The position numbers and the translations under genes are program-made. A stretch of DNA of 56,934 bases from NCBI GenBank assembly GCA_028722515.1, contig JAQYGS010000007.1, positions 1 to 56,934 on the forward strand. The letters run 5' to 3'. Below, one piece after another: positions 1-9,168 of the stretch (position 1 is its first letter; each line of letters begins with the position of its first letter). The stretch is from Clostridia bacterium (GTDB taxonomy: Bacteria > Bacillota > Clostridia > Lachnospirales > Lachnospiraceae). A model generated the notes under the pieces. It saw nothing but the letters and a program-made list of their open reading frames with translations. It had not been told where the DNA came from and did not search any database.

Positions 1-1
1 A

Positions 2-409
2 ATTCAGTATTGGGGATTTGGTATTCCAATGGCAGCATTTATTTACGGAAACTTTATGTCCACCATTCCCAAGGAACTGGACGAGAGTGCTTTCATTGAC
101 GGAGCAGGGACGTTCAGGACATTTCGTTCTGTAATCTTTCCACTTCTGAAATCCGTAACATTTACGGTAATTGTATTGGACGTTATGTGGATCTGGAACG
201 ATTTCCTTCTTCCATTGCTTATGGTTAACAGTTCCAATGAAACGAAGACTCTGGTGCTTGCCGCTTATACATTCGTGGGTCAGTTTAACACCCAGTGGCA
301 TTATGCGATGGCGGCTATGGTGCTGGCAGTTCTTCCATCTGTCATTATCTTCATCTTCCTGCAGAAGTATATTGTAGAGGGTGTTGTTGCGGGAGCTGTG
401 AAAGGCTGA
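2..409 (+). CDS. Carbohydrate ABC transporter permease (MalG-like), 5'-truncated by the window edge
   Basis: Frame open from base 2 (IQYWGFGIPM...). EAA motif 'ELDESAFIDGAG', 'WNDFLLPL' and C-terminal 'QKYIVEGVVAGAVKG' are typical of CUT1 permeases. Confidence 0.93.
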   Translation: MQYWGFGIPMAAFIYGNFMSTIPKELDESAFIDGAGTFRTFRSVIFPLLKSVTFTVIVLDVMWIWNDFLLPLLMVNSSNETKTLVLAAYTFVGQFNTQWHYAMAAMVLAVLPSVIIFIFLQKYIVEGVVAGAVKG

Positions 410-475
410 TACAGATATTGGGCCGGTGCAATGCCGGAAAAATATAAAACTATATAATACAAGGAGGATTTAAAA

Positions 476-1735
476 ATGAAGAAAAAACTTGTTAGTGTTA
501 TGCTTTGTGCAGTTATGGTAGGCTCTATGTTATCTACTGTTACTGTACACGCAGAGGGGGACAAGGGAGAAATATCCATGTTTATCGCCTCACCTGAGTA
601 TGCAGATGCAATCAATACTCTGATCGATGAGTACAAAAATGTAGAACCGGATGTAACAATTAACTATGAAACAACACAGAATGATTATCCAACTCTTCTG
701 AAGGCTAAATTAAATTCAGGAGAATGCCCGGATATCTTCTCATCTACTTCAGGAAAAGAAATTGAAACTTATAAAGAATATTCTCTTGATTTAACAGGAC
801 AGCCTCTGGTAGATGCTATGGATCCTAACGTAGCAAACGCTATGAAGGATGCAGATGGAAACGGATGCTATGGTCTTGCAATCAAAGGAAATTACTTTGG
901 TCTGATCTACAATCAGGATCTTCTTGATCAGGCAGGCGTTGAAAAAGTTCCTGAAACAATGACAGAGTTAAAAGACTGTGTTGAAAAATTAAAAGCAGCA
1001 GATATTACACCATTTACCAGCGGATATGCTGAATGGTGGGTATACAAACACATTTTCCAGCACTTTGTAGATGCTTCTACAGATAATCCTCAGAAACTTG
1101 TAAGTGATCTGGAAACAGGCGCTGATTCACTTTCCAATTATCCACTGATCGCAGATAATTTCTTTGAATTTATCGATCTTGTAAAGGAAAATGGAGATCA
1201 AAAACCTCTGGAAGCTGACTTAAGTGCAGAAGAAGCTGCATTTGCTTCTGGAAAAGCGGCTATTATTGTTGGCCAGGGCGCATGGGTTGAGGCAGACCTT
1301 CTCAAGATCAATCCTGATCTTAAGATTACATTCTCCGGATATCCGGTTGATGAAGATGCTTCACATTGCCAGGTTATTACAGGTTCTGACCAGGCAATCC
1401 GTGTAAACAAAGATTCCGAGAACAAAGATATCGTTCTTAACTTCCTTAACTGGTGGTATACATCTGATTATGGAAAATCATGGTTTACAGATGTAGCAGG
1501 AGTTGTTCCTCCAATCCAGGGCGACTTCGAGACAGATTATGAGATCGTAAAACAGGGTGCTAAATCTGTTGAAGAAAAAGGTGCTGCACCTCTTGAAATC
1601 ATCTACTCTACAGACAGCTTCCATCAGGCATTTGGTGAAGCAATGCAGGCTTATGTAGAAGGCAGCGTTTCCAAAGAAGACACAATTAAGACAATTGAAC
1701 AGAAATATCAGGAAATTGACGGGGCTTCAAACTAA
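476..1735 (+). CDS. Carbohydrate ABC transporter substrate-binding protein
   Basis: RBS AAGGAGG upstream; N-terminal signal peptide; SBP family 1 motifs 'PDIF', 'YNQDLL..AG', 'FASGKAA'; lies next to the permease and GH31 genes. Confidence 0.9.
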   Translation: MKKKLVSVMLCAVMVGSMLSTVTVHAEGDKGEISMFIASPEYADAINTLIDEYKNVEPDVTINYETTQNDYPTLLKAKLNSGECPDIFSSTSGKEIETYKEYSLDLTGQPLVDAMDPNVANAMKDADGNGCYGLAIKGNYFGLIYNQDLLDQAGVEKVPETMTELKDCVEKLKAADITPFTSGYAEWWVYKHIFQHFVDASTDNPQKLVSDLETGADSLSNYPLIADNFFEFIDLVKENGDQKPLEADLSAEEAAFASGKAAIIVGQGAWVEADLLKINPDLKITFSGYPVDEDASHCQVITGSDQAIRVNKDSENKDIVLNFLNWWYTSDYGKSWFTDVAGVVPPIQGDFETDYEIVKQGAKSVEEKGAAPLEIIYSTDSFHQAFGEAMQAYVEGSVSKEDTIKTIEQKYQEIDGASN

Positions 1736-1768
1736 TATTGACCGATAATATACGGGAAATAGACTGAA

Positions 1769-1797
1769 AGAGGGAAGAAGTCATACTTCTTCCCTCT
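1769..1797 (+). terminator. Stem-loop between the SBP gene and the glycosidase gene (terminator or mRNA stabiliser)
   Basis: 13-bp perfect inverted repeat AGAGGGAAGAAGT-cat-ACTTCTTCCCTCT followed by ATATTTT. Confidence 0.7.
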
Positions 1798-1849
1798 ATA
1801 TTTATGCCTTAAACACCAACATCATTAATTATTAAACAGGAGATTTGAG

Positions 1850-4210
1850 ATGAAATTTACAGAAGGATATTGGGAAAAAAATGAAAGAGCCAATGCATCT
1901 TATGCAGTGCAGGCATTTACGGCAGAGGCAATTCCAGGGGGTATGAAAATTGTCTCACCGTTTCATATGATCGAAAATCGTGGTGCTGCGCTTGATGTAG
2001 GAACCATCACGACAGAATTCACATCGGACAGAAAAGATATTATCAGTGTAAGAAGTTACCATTACCAGGGTTATGTAAAAAATGAACCCAGATTTGAACT
2101 GAACAAGGATCCACAGGATGTTCAGGTAGAGATAAGCGATGAGGAAGCTTTGATGACTTCCGGCAGAATGGCTGTAAGAGTTAATCTGAAAGATTTCCTT
2201 ATATCTTTTGAAGCAGAGGGAAAGGTTCTGACACAGATCGGCTTCCGCAATCTGGGATATATGCAGTATGACAGGAAAGTTTCCACCAAATTTCCAGAGC
2301 CAAATTATATGGCAGCAGAGTACCAGCCATATATGACTACAGAACTGTCCCTTGCACCGGGAGAATGTGTATACGGCCTTGGAGAAAGATTTACTTCTTT
2401 TGTAAAAAATGGACAGGTTGTGGATATCTGGAATGAGGATGGCGGAACAGCTTCTCAGATAGCTTATAAGAATATTCCTTTTTATGTAACCAGCAGGCAT
2501 TATGGTGTTTTTGTTGACCACAGTGACAATGTTTCCTTTGAAATTGCCAGTGAGAAAGTAGAAAATGTAAGCTTTTCCGTAAAGGGCGAGGAAATCAGAT
2601 ATCACGTGATCTATGGTGATGACATTAAAGGAGTTCTGGAAACATACACAGATCTTACAGGAAAACCGGCTCTTCCTCCTGCATGGTCATTCGGTCTGTG
2701 GCTTTCCACTTCTTTTACCACAAATTATGATGAAGAGACCACCAGTTCCTTTATTCAGGGAATGGCTGACAGGGATATTCCTCTGGATGTTTTTCATTTT
2801 GACTGCTTCTGGATGAAAGAATTCCACTGGTGTGATTTTGAATGGGATTCCAGAATTTTCCCGGATGTAAAGGGTATGCTGAAACGTTATAAAGACAGAG
2901 GATTAAAGATCTGCGTATGGATCAATCCCTATGTTGCCCAGGGCACTGCGTTTTTCAAAGAAGGTATGGAAAAGGGCTATCTTGTGAAACGCGCAGACGG
3001 CAGAGGAATCAAACAGATCGATAACTGGCAGCCTGGAATGGGACTTGTGGATTTTACCAATCCTGCAGCCTGTGAATGGTACAGAAGCAAATTAAGAGAG
3101 CTTCTGGAAATGGGAGTTGACTGCTTCAAGACAGACTTTGGCGAAAGAATTCCTGTAGATGTAGAATACTATGATGGATCAGATCCTGCATCCATGCATA
3201 ATTATTATACCTATCTTTACAATAAAACAGTATTTACTTTACTTGAGGAAATAAAAGGAAAAGGCGAGGCAGTTCTGTTTGCCAGAAGTGCAACTGCAGG
3301 CGGACAGCAGTTCCCTATACATTGGGGCGGTGACTGTTCTGCAACTTATATTTCCATGGCTGAGAGCCTGAGAGGCGGACTGTCCTTTACAATGTCAGGA
3401 TTTTCATTCTGGAGCCATGATATCGGTGGATTTGAGCTGACTGCTTCTCCGGATGTTTATAAGAGATGGATGCAGTTCGGACTTCTTTCCACACACAGCC
3501 GTCTTCACGGTTCCAAGAGCTATCGTGTGCCATGGCTGTTTGATGAGGAATCGGTAGAGGTATGCCGTAAATTTACAAAACTGAAAGCAAGACTTATGCC
3601 ATACTTATATTCCATGGCTGTGATTTCCCATACTAAGGGTATTCCATCTATGAGAGCCATGATCATGGAATTTGGCGATGATCCGGCTGTCAAATATCTG
3701 GATATGCAGTATATGCTGGGAAGCAGCATTCTTGTGGCACCAATCTTTAACAAAGAGGGACATGTACAGTATTATCTTCCAAAAGGAAACTGGACTCATC
3801 TTCTTTCCGGAGAAGTAAGACAGGGTGGTTCCTGGTATGAAGAGGATTATGACTTCTTCTCATTGCCTTTATTTGTAAGGGAGAATACACTTCTTGCCAT
3901 TGGTGCAGATGAAACCACGGCAGACTATGATTTTGAGAAGGATGTACAGATTCAGGTTTATGAGCTTGCAGATGGTAAAGAAGCTGTCTGCCAGGTTCCA
4001 ACAAGGAAAGGTGAAACTGCAGTTACAGTAAAAGCCTTTCGGGATGGAGAAAAGATAATTCTGGAAAGTTCTGTGGAAAATCAGGGTATGACTTATCTTC
4101 TGAGAAACATTCACGAAGTAAGGGAAACAACAGGAGGAAGTATAAAGAAAGACACAGAATATGGTCTTGTCATTGCTCCTGACGGACTTAAGACAGAGAT
4201 CATTTTATAA
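1850..4210 (+). CDS. yicI: GH31 alpha-xylosidase (YicI-like)
   Basis: 786 aa; 'YGLGERF', 'FHFDCFWMK', nucleophile motif 'FKTDFGERIP', acid/base 'HWGGD', 'WSHDIGGF'. Confidence 0.93.
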   Translation: MKFTEGYWEKNERANASYAVQAFTAEAIPGGMKIVSPFHMIENRGAALDVGTITTEFTSDRKDIISVRSYHYQGYVKNEPRFELNKDPQDVQVEISDEEALMTSGRMAVRVNLKDFLISFEAEGKVLTQIGFRNLGYMQYDRKVSTKFPEPNYMAAEYQPYMTTELSLAPGECVYGLGERFTSFVKNGQVVDIWNEDGGTASQIAYKNIPFYVTSRHYGVFVDHSDNVSFEIASEKVENVSFSVKGEEIRYHVIYGDDIKGVLETYTDLTGKPALPPAWSFGLWLSTSFTTNYDEETTSSFIQGMADRDIPLDVFHFDCFWMKEFHWCDFEWDSRIFPDVKGMLKRYKDRGLKICVWINPYVAQGTAFFKEGMEKGYLVKRADGRGIKQIDNWQPGMGLVDFTNPAACEWYRSKLRELLEMGVDCFKTDFGERIPVDVEYYDGSDPASMHNYYTYLYNKTVFTLLEEIKGKGEAVLFARSATAGGQQFPIHWGGDCSATYISMAESLRGGLSFTMSGFSFWSHDIGGFELTASPDVYKRWMQFGLLSTHSRLHGSKSYRVPWLFDEESVEVCRKFTKLKARLMPYLYSMAVISHTKGIPSMRAMIMEFGDDPAVKYLDMQYMLGSSILVAPIFNKEGHVQYYLPKGNWTHLLSGEVRQGGSWYEEDYDFFSLPLFVRENTLLAIGADETTADYDFEKDVQIQVYELADGKEAVCQVPTRKGETAVTVKAFRDGEKIILESSVENQGMTYLLRNIHEVRETTGGSIKKDTEYGLVIAPDGLKTEIIL

Positions 4211-4240
4211 TTTTTTAATTCTTTTTACAGGAAATAGGAC

Positions 4241-4269
4241 TGGACAAATTCATTGTCCGGTCCTATAAT
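4241..4269 (+). promoter_or_regulatory. Sigma-A-type promoter upstream of the Tad locus, embedded in an inverted repeat
   Basis: TGGACA-N17-TATAAT; overlaps the inverted repeat ATAGGACTGGACAA/TTGTCCGGTCCTAT (4234-4266). Confidence 0.7.
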
Positions 4270-4418
4270 AATACCTGTCAGAATTCTTCTGACATTGATC
4301 CCGCCGTTCGGCGGAGATTTTTCCACTTTTTTATTTATCTGCGAAGCACGAAAGAGAAAATACGGCATTTTGCTGCACCATTATGCTGTGTAAAGAAATA
4401 CACAGACGAAGTGAGGTG

Positions 4419-4934
4419 ATGCGGTACTTGTTTTGCTACCTTTTTCCTGTTTTGATTGCCGGAACAGCTATGATCATGGATTTTCGTAACGCAAAGATTG
4501 ATAATGGCTGGATCCTGTTTTCTCTGGCAGTTGGATTTACTGTCGGATTTCTGGAAAAGGGCTTTGCCGGAATCCGGTTTTTTCTGACCGGAAGTGCAGT
4601 TCCTTTATTTCTTATCATCCTGTTTCTTTTCGGGATGCTTGGCGCAGGAGACATAAAATTATTCTGCGCACTGGGAGGTGTTATGGGCACCGGGGCAGTT
4701 CTGAAATGTATTCTTGCATCTTTTATTCTTGGAGCATTCATTTCAGTAATTCTTTTAATGGTCCATCGCAATTTCTGCGAAAGAATCCTTTATTTTATCC
4801 GGTATGTTGATTATGTGGTAAAAACCGGGAAAATCATTTCATACCGAAGGAAAGATATATCTTCTCCGGAAAACTTTCACTTTACAGTTCCAATTTTTAT
4901 AAGTGTTGTGCTTTATGCAGGAGGTATGTTTTGA
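4419..4934 (+). CDS. Prepilin peptidase, A24 family (CpaA/TadV-like)
   Basis: Polytopic membrane protein with the two catalytic Asp in 'MDFRNAKI' and 'GAGDIK'. Start is ATG 4419 or TTG 4428; the RBS GAGGTG spacing favours TTG. Confidence 0.88.
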   Translation: MRYLFCYLFPVLIAGTAMIMDFRNAKIDNGWILFSLAVGFTVGFLEKGFAGIRFFLTGSAVPLFLIILFLFGMLGAGDIKLFCALGGVMGTGAVLKCILASFILGAFISVILLMVHRNFCERILYFIRYVDYVVKTGKIISYRRKDISSPENFHFTVPIFISVVLYAGGMF

Positions 4935-5947
4935 AGAAAAATATTTTCGCAGTCTGTGATCTGGAGGTAGAGTATGCCCTGAACTTTATGGATTATCTGA
5001 ATCAGAAAAAGAATATCCCTTTTGAGATACAGGCATTCACCACAGTAGAAAGTCTGATTGCCTTTGGGAAAAAAACACATATAGAGTTGCTGTTAATTTC
5101 CGGAAGGGCCATGTGCCGTAAAGTCCGGGAAATGGATATTGGACAGATCATCATACTTTCGGAAGGAGTACATCCGCCGGAGCTGGACCAGTATCCCAGT
5201 GTATATAAGTACCAGTCTTCTTCTGATGTGATCCGTGAAGTAATGGAATGCTACGGAGCTGAGAAGAAAAATACTTCTTCTCAGTTTACCGTTTTGAAAA
5301 AGAACACAGAAATACTGGGAGTATATTCTCCTTTGGGACGATGCTTAAAGACATCCTTTGCACTTACACTTGGACAGCTTCTGGCAAAAGAAAAAGCGGT
5401 TCTTTATATGAATCTTGAGGAATATTCCGGATTTGAGGAATTAATGGGAAAAGGCTACGCACATAATCTCAGCGACCTTTTGTATTATGTGCGCCAGGAA
5501 AATCAGAATCTTGTTCATAAAATGAACGGAATCATTCAGACAGTCAATAATCTGGATTACATTCCCCCTGTGCAGATGCCTGCAGATATCAGGGGGACAG
5601 CCTGGCAGGACTGGGAGAAACTTTTCCAGATGATTACCCGGGACAGCGCCTATGAGGTGATCATACTTGATATTGGAAGTGGAATTGATGAAAATTTTCA
5701 ACTTCTTGACCTGTGTAAGAGGATTTATATGCCTGTCCTGACGGATGCCATCTCAATGTGCAAGATTGCCCAGTTTGAGAACCTTGTACGGATCTGGGAT
5801 CTTCCCCAGATACTTGAAAAAACTGTTAAACTAAGCCTTCCATTTCACATTAGTACAAAACAGCCTTCACCTGAATATGTGGAGCAGCTGCTTTGGAGTG
5901 AGCTGGGAGACTTTACCCGGGAACTGATAAGAAAGGAAAGAGAATGA
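4931..5947 (+). CDS. CpaE/TadZ-like protein: receiver-like N-domain plus degenerate MinD/ParA ATPase
   Basis: Deviant P-loop 'GVYSPLGRCLKTS', 'VLYMNLE', 'VIILDIG'; directly precedes cpaF with an ATGA overlap. Confidence 0.75.
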   Translation: MKKNIFAVCDLEVEYALNFMDYLNQKKNIPFEIQAFTTVESLIAFGKKTHIELLLISGRAMCRKVREMDIGQIIILSEGVHPPELDQYPSVYKYQSSSDVIREVMECYGAEKKNTSSQFTVLKKNTEILGVYSPLGRCLKTSFALTLGQLLAKEKAVLYMNLEEYSGFEELMGKGYAHNLSDLLYYVRQENQNLVHKMNGIIQTVNNLDYIPPVQMPADIRGTAWQDWEKLFQMITRDSAYEVIILDIGSGIDENFQLLDLCKRIYMPVLTDAISMCKIAQFENLVRIWDLPQILEKTVKLSLPFHISTKQPSPEYVEQLLWSELGDFTRELIRKERE

Positions 5948-7134
5948 ACAGAGAATTATTTCGCAGGCTTCGTCAGATGCTGATGGAACAGCTGGATCTG
6001 TCAAGAGAGCTTTCAGATAAAGAAATTCTGGATTCCATAGATGAACTGATCCTGAATCAGATCAGTGATTCACATCTTGCACTCAAAGAAAAAGTACAGC
6101 TGAGGCAGGAATTATTTTATTCCGTGCGTAAGCTTGATGTGCTGCAGGAATTGATTGAGGATGAAACAGTGACCGAGATCATGGTGAACGGACCAGATGC
6201 AATTTTTGTCGAAAGGGATGGAAAACTGACCAGATGGCATAAAAGCTTCACTTCCAGGGAGAAGCTGGAGGATGTGATCCAGCAGATCGTGGGCAAATGT
6301 AACAGAGTGGTAAATGAATCTATGCCTATTGTAGATGCAAGACTGGAAAACGGAGCCAGGGTAAATGCAGTCATCTATCCTGTGGCTTTAAATGGACCTA
6401 TTCTTACTATCCGCCGTTTTCCTGAGCATCCTATTACTATGGAGAAGCTGATATCACTGGGAAGCATTACCAGAGAATGTGCTGTTTTTCTTCAGAAGCT
6501 GGTGCAGGCCAGATACTCTATGATCATAGGCGGTGGAACAGGAAGCGGAAAAACAACATTTCTTGCTGCACTGGCACATTATATTCCTAAGGATGAGAGA
6601 TTGATCACTATTGAAGACAATGCGGAACTCCGTATCCAGGGAATAGATAATCTGGTCCGGCTGGAAGCTAAGATGGCAAATATGGCAGGAGGAATGTCTG
6701 TTTCCATACGAGATCTTATCCGTTGTGCACTCCGCATGAGACCGGACAGGATAATAATTGGAGAAGTGAGAGGCGGTGAGGCGATGGATATGCTTCAGGC
6801 TCTTAATACAGGCCATGAGGGTTCTCTGAGTACGGCTCATGCAAACAGCAGCAAGGATATGCTTTCCCGTCTGGAAACCATGACGCTTATGGGTGTAGAT
6901 CTTCCCCTTGAGGCAATCAGAAGACAGATTGCCTCCGGGGTAGATATTCTTGTTCACCTGGGAAGAATGAAGGACAAATCAAGAAAAGTTCTGGAAATAA
7001 CAGAAGTATGCGGCTTTAAGGATGGAGAAATCCAGATCAGGCCGTTATATCAATGGCAGGAAGAAAAGGGCCTTGTGCAGACGGCATCTCTACTTCATGT
7101 GGAAAAACTGAAAAGGGCAGGGATTCAATTATGA
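5944..7134 (+). CDS. cpaF: CpaF/TadA pilus assembly ATPase
   Basis: Walker A GGTGSGKT, 'IEDNAEL', 'LRMRPDRIIIGEVRG', 'NTGHEGSLSTAHA'. Confidence 0.95.
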   Translation: MNRELFRRLRQMLMEQLDLSRELSDKEILDSIDELILNQISDSHLALKEKVQLRQELFYSVRKLDVLQELIEDETVTEIMVNGPDAIFVERDGKLTRWHKSFTSREKLEDVIQQIVGKCNRVVNESMPIVDARLENGARVNAVIYPVALNGPILTIRRFPEHPITMEKLISLGSITRECAVFLQKLVQARYSMIIGGGTGSGKTTFLAALAHYIPKDERLITIEDNAELRIQGIDNLVRLEAKMANMAGGMSVSIRDLIRCALRMRPDRIIIGEVRGGEAMDMLQALNTGHEGSLSTAHANSSKDMLSRLETMTLMGVDLPLEAIRRQIASGVDILVHLGRMKDKSRKVLEITEVCGFKDGEIQIRPLYQWQEEKGLVQTASLLHVEKLKRAGIQL

Positions 7135-7898
7135 TTGAAAAAGAACAGTTGCATACAAAAACGGATTATGAACATTATCATTTTTCAGCATTGGAATTAG
7201 TGAAATATCTGGGACAGGCTCTGGCACTTTGTATTATAGTGGATTATCTGTTTTATAAAAACATATGGGTGCTTTTGTTTATGATTCCTGTTCCCATATT
7301 TTATTTACGATGGTGCAGAAAACGTCTGATACACCAGCGAAAGAAAGCCTTAAATTATCAATTTAAAGATGCGCTTACCTCATTAAGTGTTGCCGTGGGA
7401 GCAGGATATTCCGTGGAAAGTGCTGTGAAATCCTGCGTCAGGGATCTGGAGCGTCTTTATGCAAAAGGGACGGATATACTGGAAGAATTCAGATACATCG
7501 AAAATCAGCTGCATTTAAGTGTTCCTCTGGAGGAACTGTTTCTGGATCTGGGGGAGCGAAGCCATGTTGAGGATATTGAGAATTTTGCATCTGTTTTTTG
7601 TACAGCTAAACGAACCGGAGGTGATATGAACAAAGTGATTCAGAAGGTTGCCCGAATGCTGGGAGATAAGATTGATGTAAAACAAGAAATAGAAACCACA
7701 CTTGCCGCAAAGAAATCGGAACAGACGATCATGAGCCTGATGCCTGTGGGTATTATTTTATATCTTCAGTTAACATCTCCTGATTTTTTAAGTGTTCTTT
7801 ATGGAAATGCCTTTGGAACCGTGGCAATGACTGTGTGTCTGGGAATTTATATGACAGCATACTGGCTTGGGAGAAAAATAGTGGATATTGAGGTGTAG
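7131..7898 (+). CDS. tadB: TadB-like inner-membrane platform protein (T2SSF family)
   Basis: Start taken at ATG 7131 (ATGA overlap with cpaF). 'FKDAL..L...V.AGYSVE', 'AKRTGGDM', C-terminal 'GRKIVDIEV'. Confidence 0.88.
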   Translation: MIEKEQLHTKTDYEHYHFSALELVKYLGQALALCIIVDYLFYKNIWVLLFMIPVPIFYLRWCRKRLIHQRKKALNYQFKDALTSLSVAVGAGYSVESAVKSCVRDLERLYAKGTDILEEFRYIENQLHLSVPLEELFLDLGERSHVEDIENFASVFCTAKRTGGDMNKVIQKVARMLGDKIDVKQEIETTLAAKKSEQTIMSLMPVGIILYLQLTSPDFLSVLYGNAFGTVAMTVCLGIYMTAYWLGRKIVDIEV

Positions 7899-7907
7899 CT
7901 TAAGAAA

Positions 7908-8942
7908 ATGTGGATACATATTGCTGTTTTTGTGATCATTCTGGCGGTTCTCACAGGCTGGAAAAAGGGATGGATACCATCGGAAGGAATTGGTGGAAAA
8001 GAAGGGATACGTCTGTTTGCAGCTGTAGCAATAGCCGGTAATCTGCTGGGTATGGTTCTTACAGTAAACAACGGAAGTGGACAGATTTATTCGGAAGGCT
8101 GCCGCCTGAAAAAGGAGGATACAGGTTCATATGAGGAAAAGTTCAAAGTATCTGTGGATGGAAAGAAAGCAGGTTCCATGTATATTCAGGTTCCGGAAAA
8201 AGAACTGGAAGAACAGGAAGAACAGGAACCGGTTCAGGAGTTGACGCAAGAAGAGCAGAGAAAGAAGGATCTGTCTGATGAGATTGCCAGATATAATGAA
8301 GAAAAAAATGACCCGGATTATTACTATCTGCCTTCCAGGTGGAAGGACAGACAGTTAGTTTGGGAAAAACCGGCAGATACATCTGGCATGCTTCTTACCG
8401 GAATTTTCCTTACAGCTTCTCTGGCTGTTCTTGTTATGAAGGGTAAAGAAGGACAGAAAAAAATTCAGAAGAGATATGAAGAGCTTCTGATGGATTATCC
8501 GGGACTTATTATGAAGTTTACCCTTCTGGTTCAGGCAGGAATGACAGTGAGGAAAGCGTTTCAGAAGATAGCACTTGATTACAGCCGTAAAAGAAAAACG
8601 GAAAAAAGGTCTGCCTATGAGGAAATCTGCACTGCATGCTATGAAATGGACAGCGGTGTTTCAGAGATAGAAGCCTACAGAAGGTTTGGAGAACGCTGTG
8701 GACAGGTAAAATATAAAACTTTTTCCACTTTGCTGATCCAGAATCTTCAGAAAGGCAGCAGGCAGATGTCAGATATGCTGGAGAGAGAATCTATGGAAGC
8801 ATGGGAGGAAAGAAAGAGAAAAGCCCGTGTTTTAGGTGAAACAGCGGCTACCAGGCTTTTATTTCCAATGATCATGATGCTTATTGTAGTGATGGCGATC
8901 GTTATGATTCCAGCCTTTATGTCCTTTTATGGCGGTATGTAA
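7908..8942 (+). CDS. tadC: TadC-like inner-membrane platform protein (T2SSF family)
   Basis: 'LLVQAGMT', 'QNLQKGS', 'GETAATRLLFPM...MIPAF'; follows tadB. Confidence 0.85.
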   Translation: MWIHIAVFVIILAVLTGWKKGWIPSEGIGGKEGIRLFAAVAIAGNLLGMVLTVNNGSGQIYSEGCRLKKEDTGSYEEKFKVSVDGKKAGSMYIQVPEKELEEQEEQEPVQELTQEEQRKKDLSDEIARYNEEKNDPDYYYLPSRWKDRQLVWEKPADTSGMLLTGIFLTASLAVLVMKGKEGQKKIQKRYEELLMDYPGLIMKFTLLVQAGMTVRKAFQKIALDYSRKRKTEKRSAYEEICTACYEMDSGVSEIEAYRRFGERCGQVKYKTFSTLLIQNLQKGSRQMSDMLERESMEAWEERKRKARVLGETAATRLLFPMIMMLIVVMAIVMIPAFMSFYGGM

Positions 8943-8957
8943 GAAATGGAGGAAAAA

Positions 8958-9137
8958 ATGGATAAAATGAAAAATGTAGTACAGAACTTTTTGAGAGAAG
9001 AAGACGCCGTAGGTGTGGTAGAAATTATTCTCATTCTTGTTGTTCTTATTGGTCTGGTCATTATCTTTAAGGAACAGCTTACAGACCTTGTCAAGAATAT
9101 TCTTTCCAAGATTACAAAGCAAAGTAATTCTATCTGA
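8958..9137 (+). CDS. Flp1-like major pilin
   Basis: RBS GGAGG at 8948-8952 supports ATG 8958; 'FLREEDA|VGVVEIILILVVLIGLVIIFK' has the +5 Glu and hydrophobic helix; 59 aa. Confidence 0.88.
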   Translation: MDKMKNVVQNFLREEDAVGVVEIILILVVLIGLVIIFKEQLTDLVKNILSKITKQSNSI

Positions 9138-9168
9138 TATTTGTAAAGGGAAGGGGGTGTATTCTTTT

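Noticed and set aside
4362-4378. Possible sigma-54 promoter before the Tad locus (CGGCATTTTGCTGC)
   Set aside because: The GG-to-GC spacing is 9 nt rather than the required 10.
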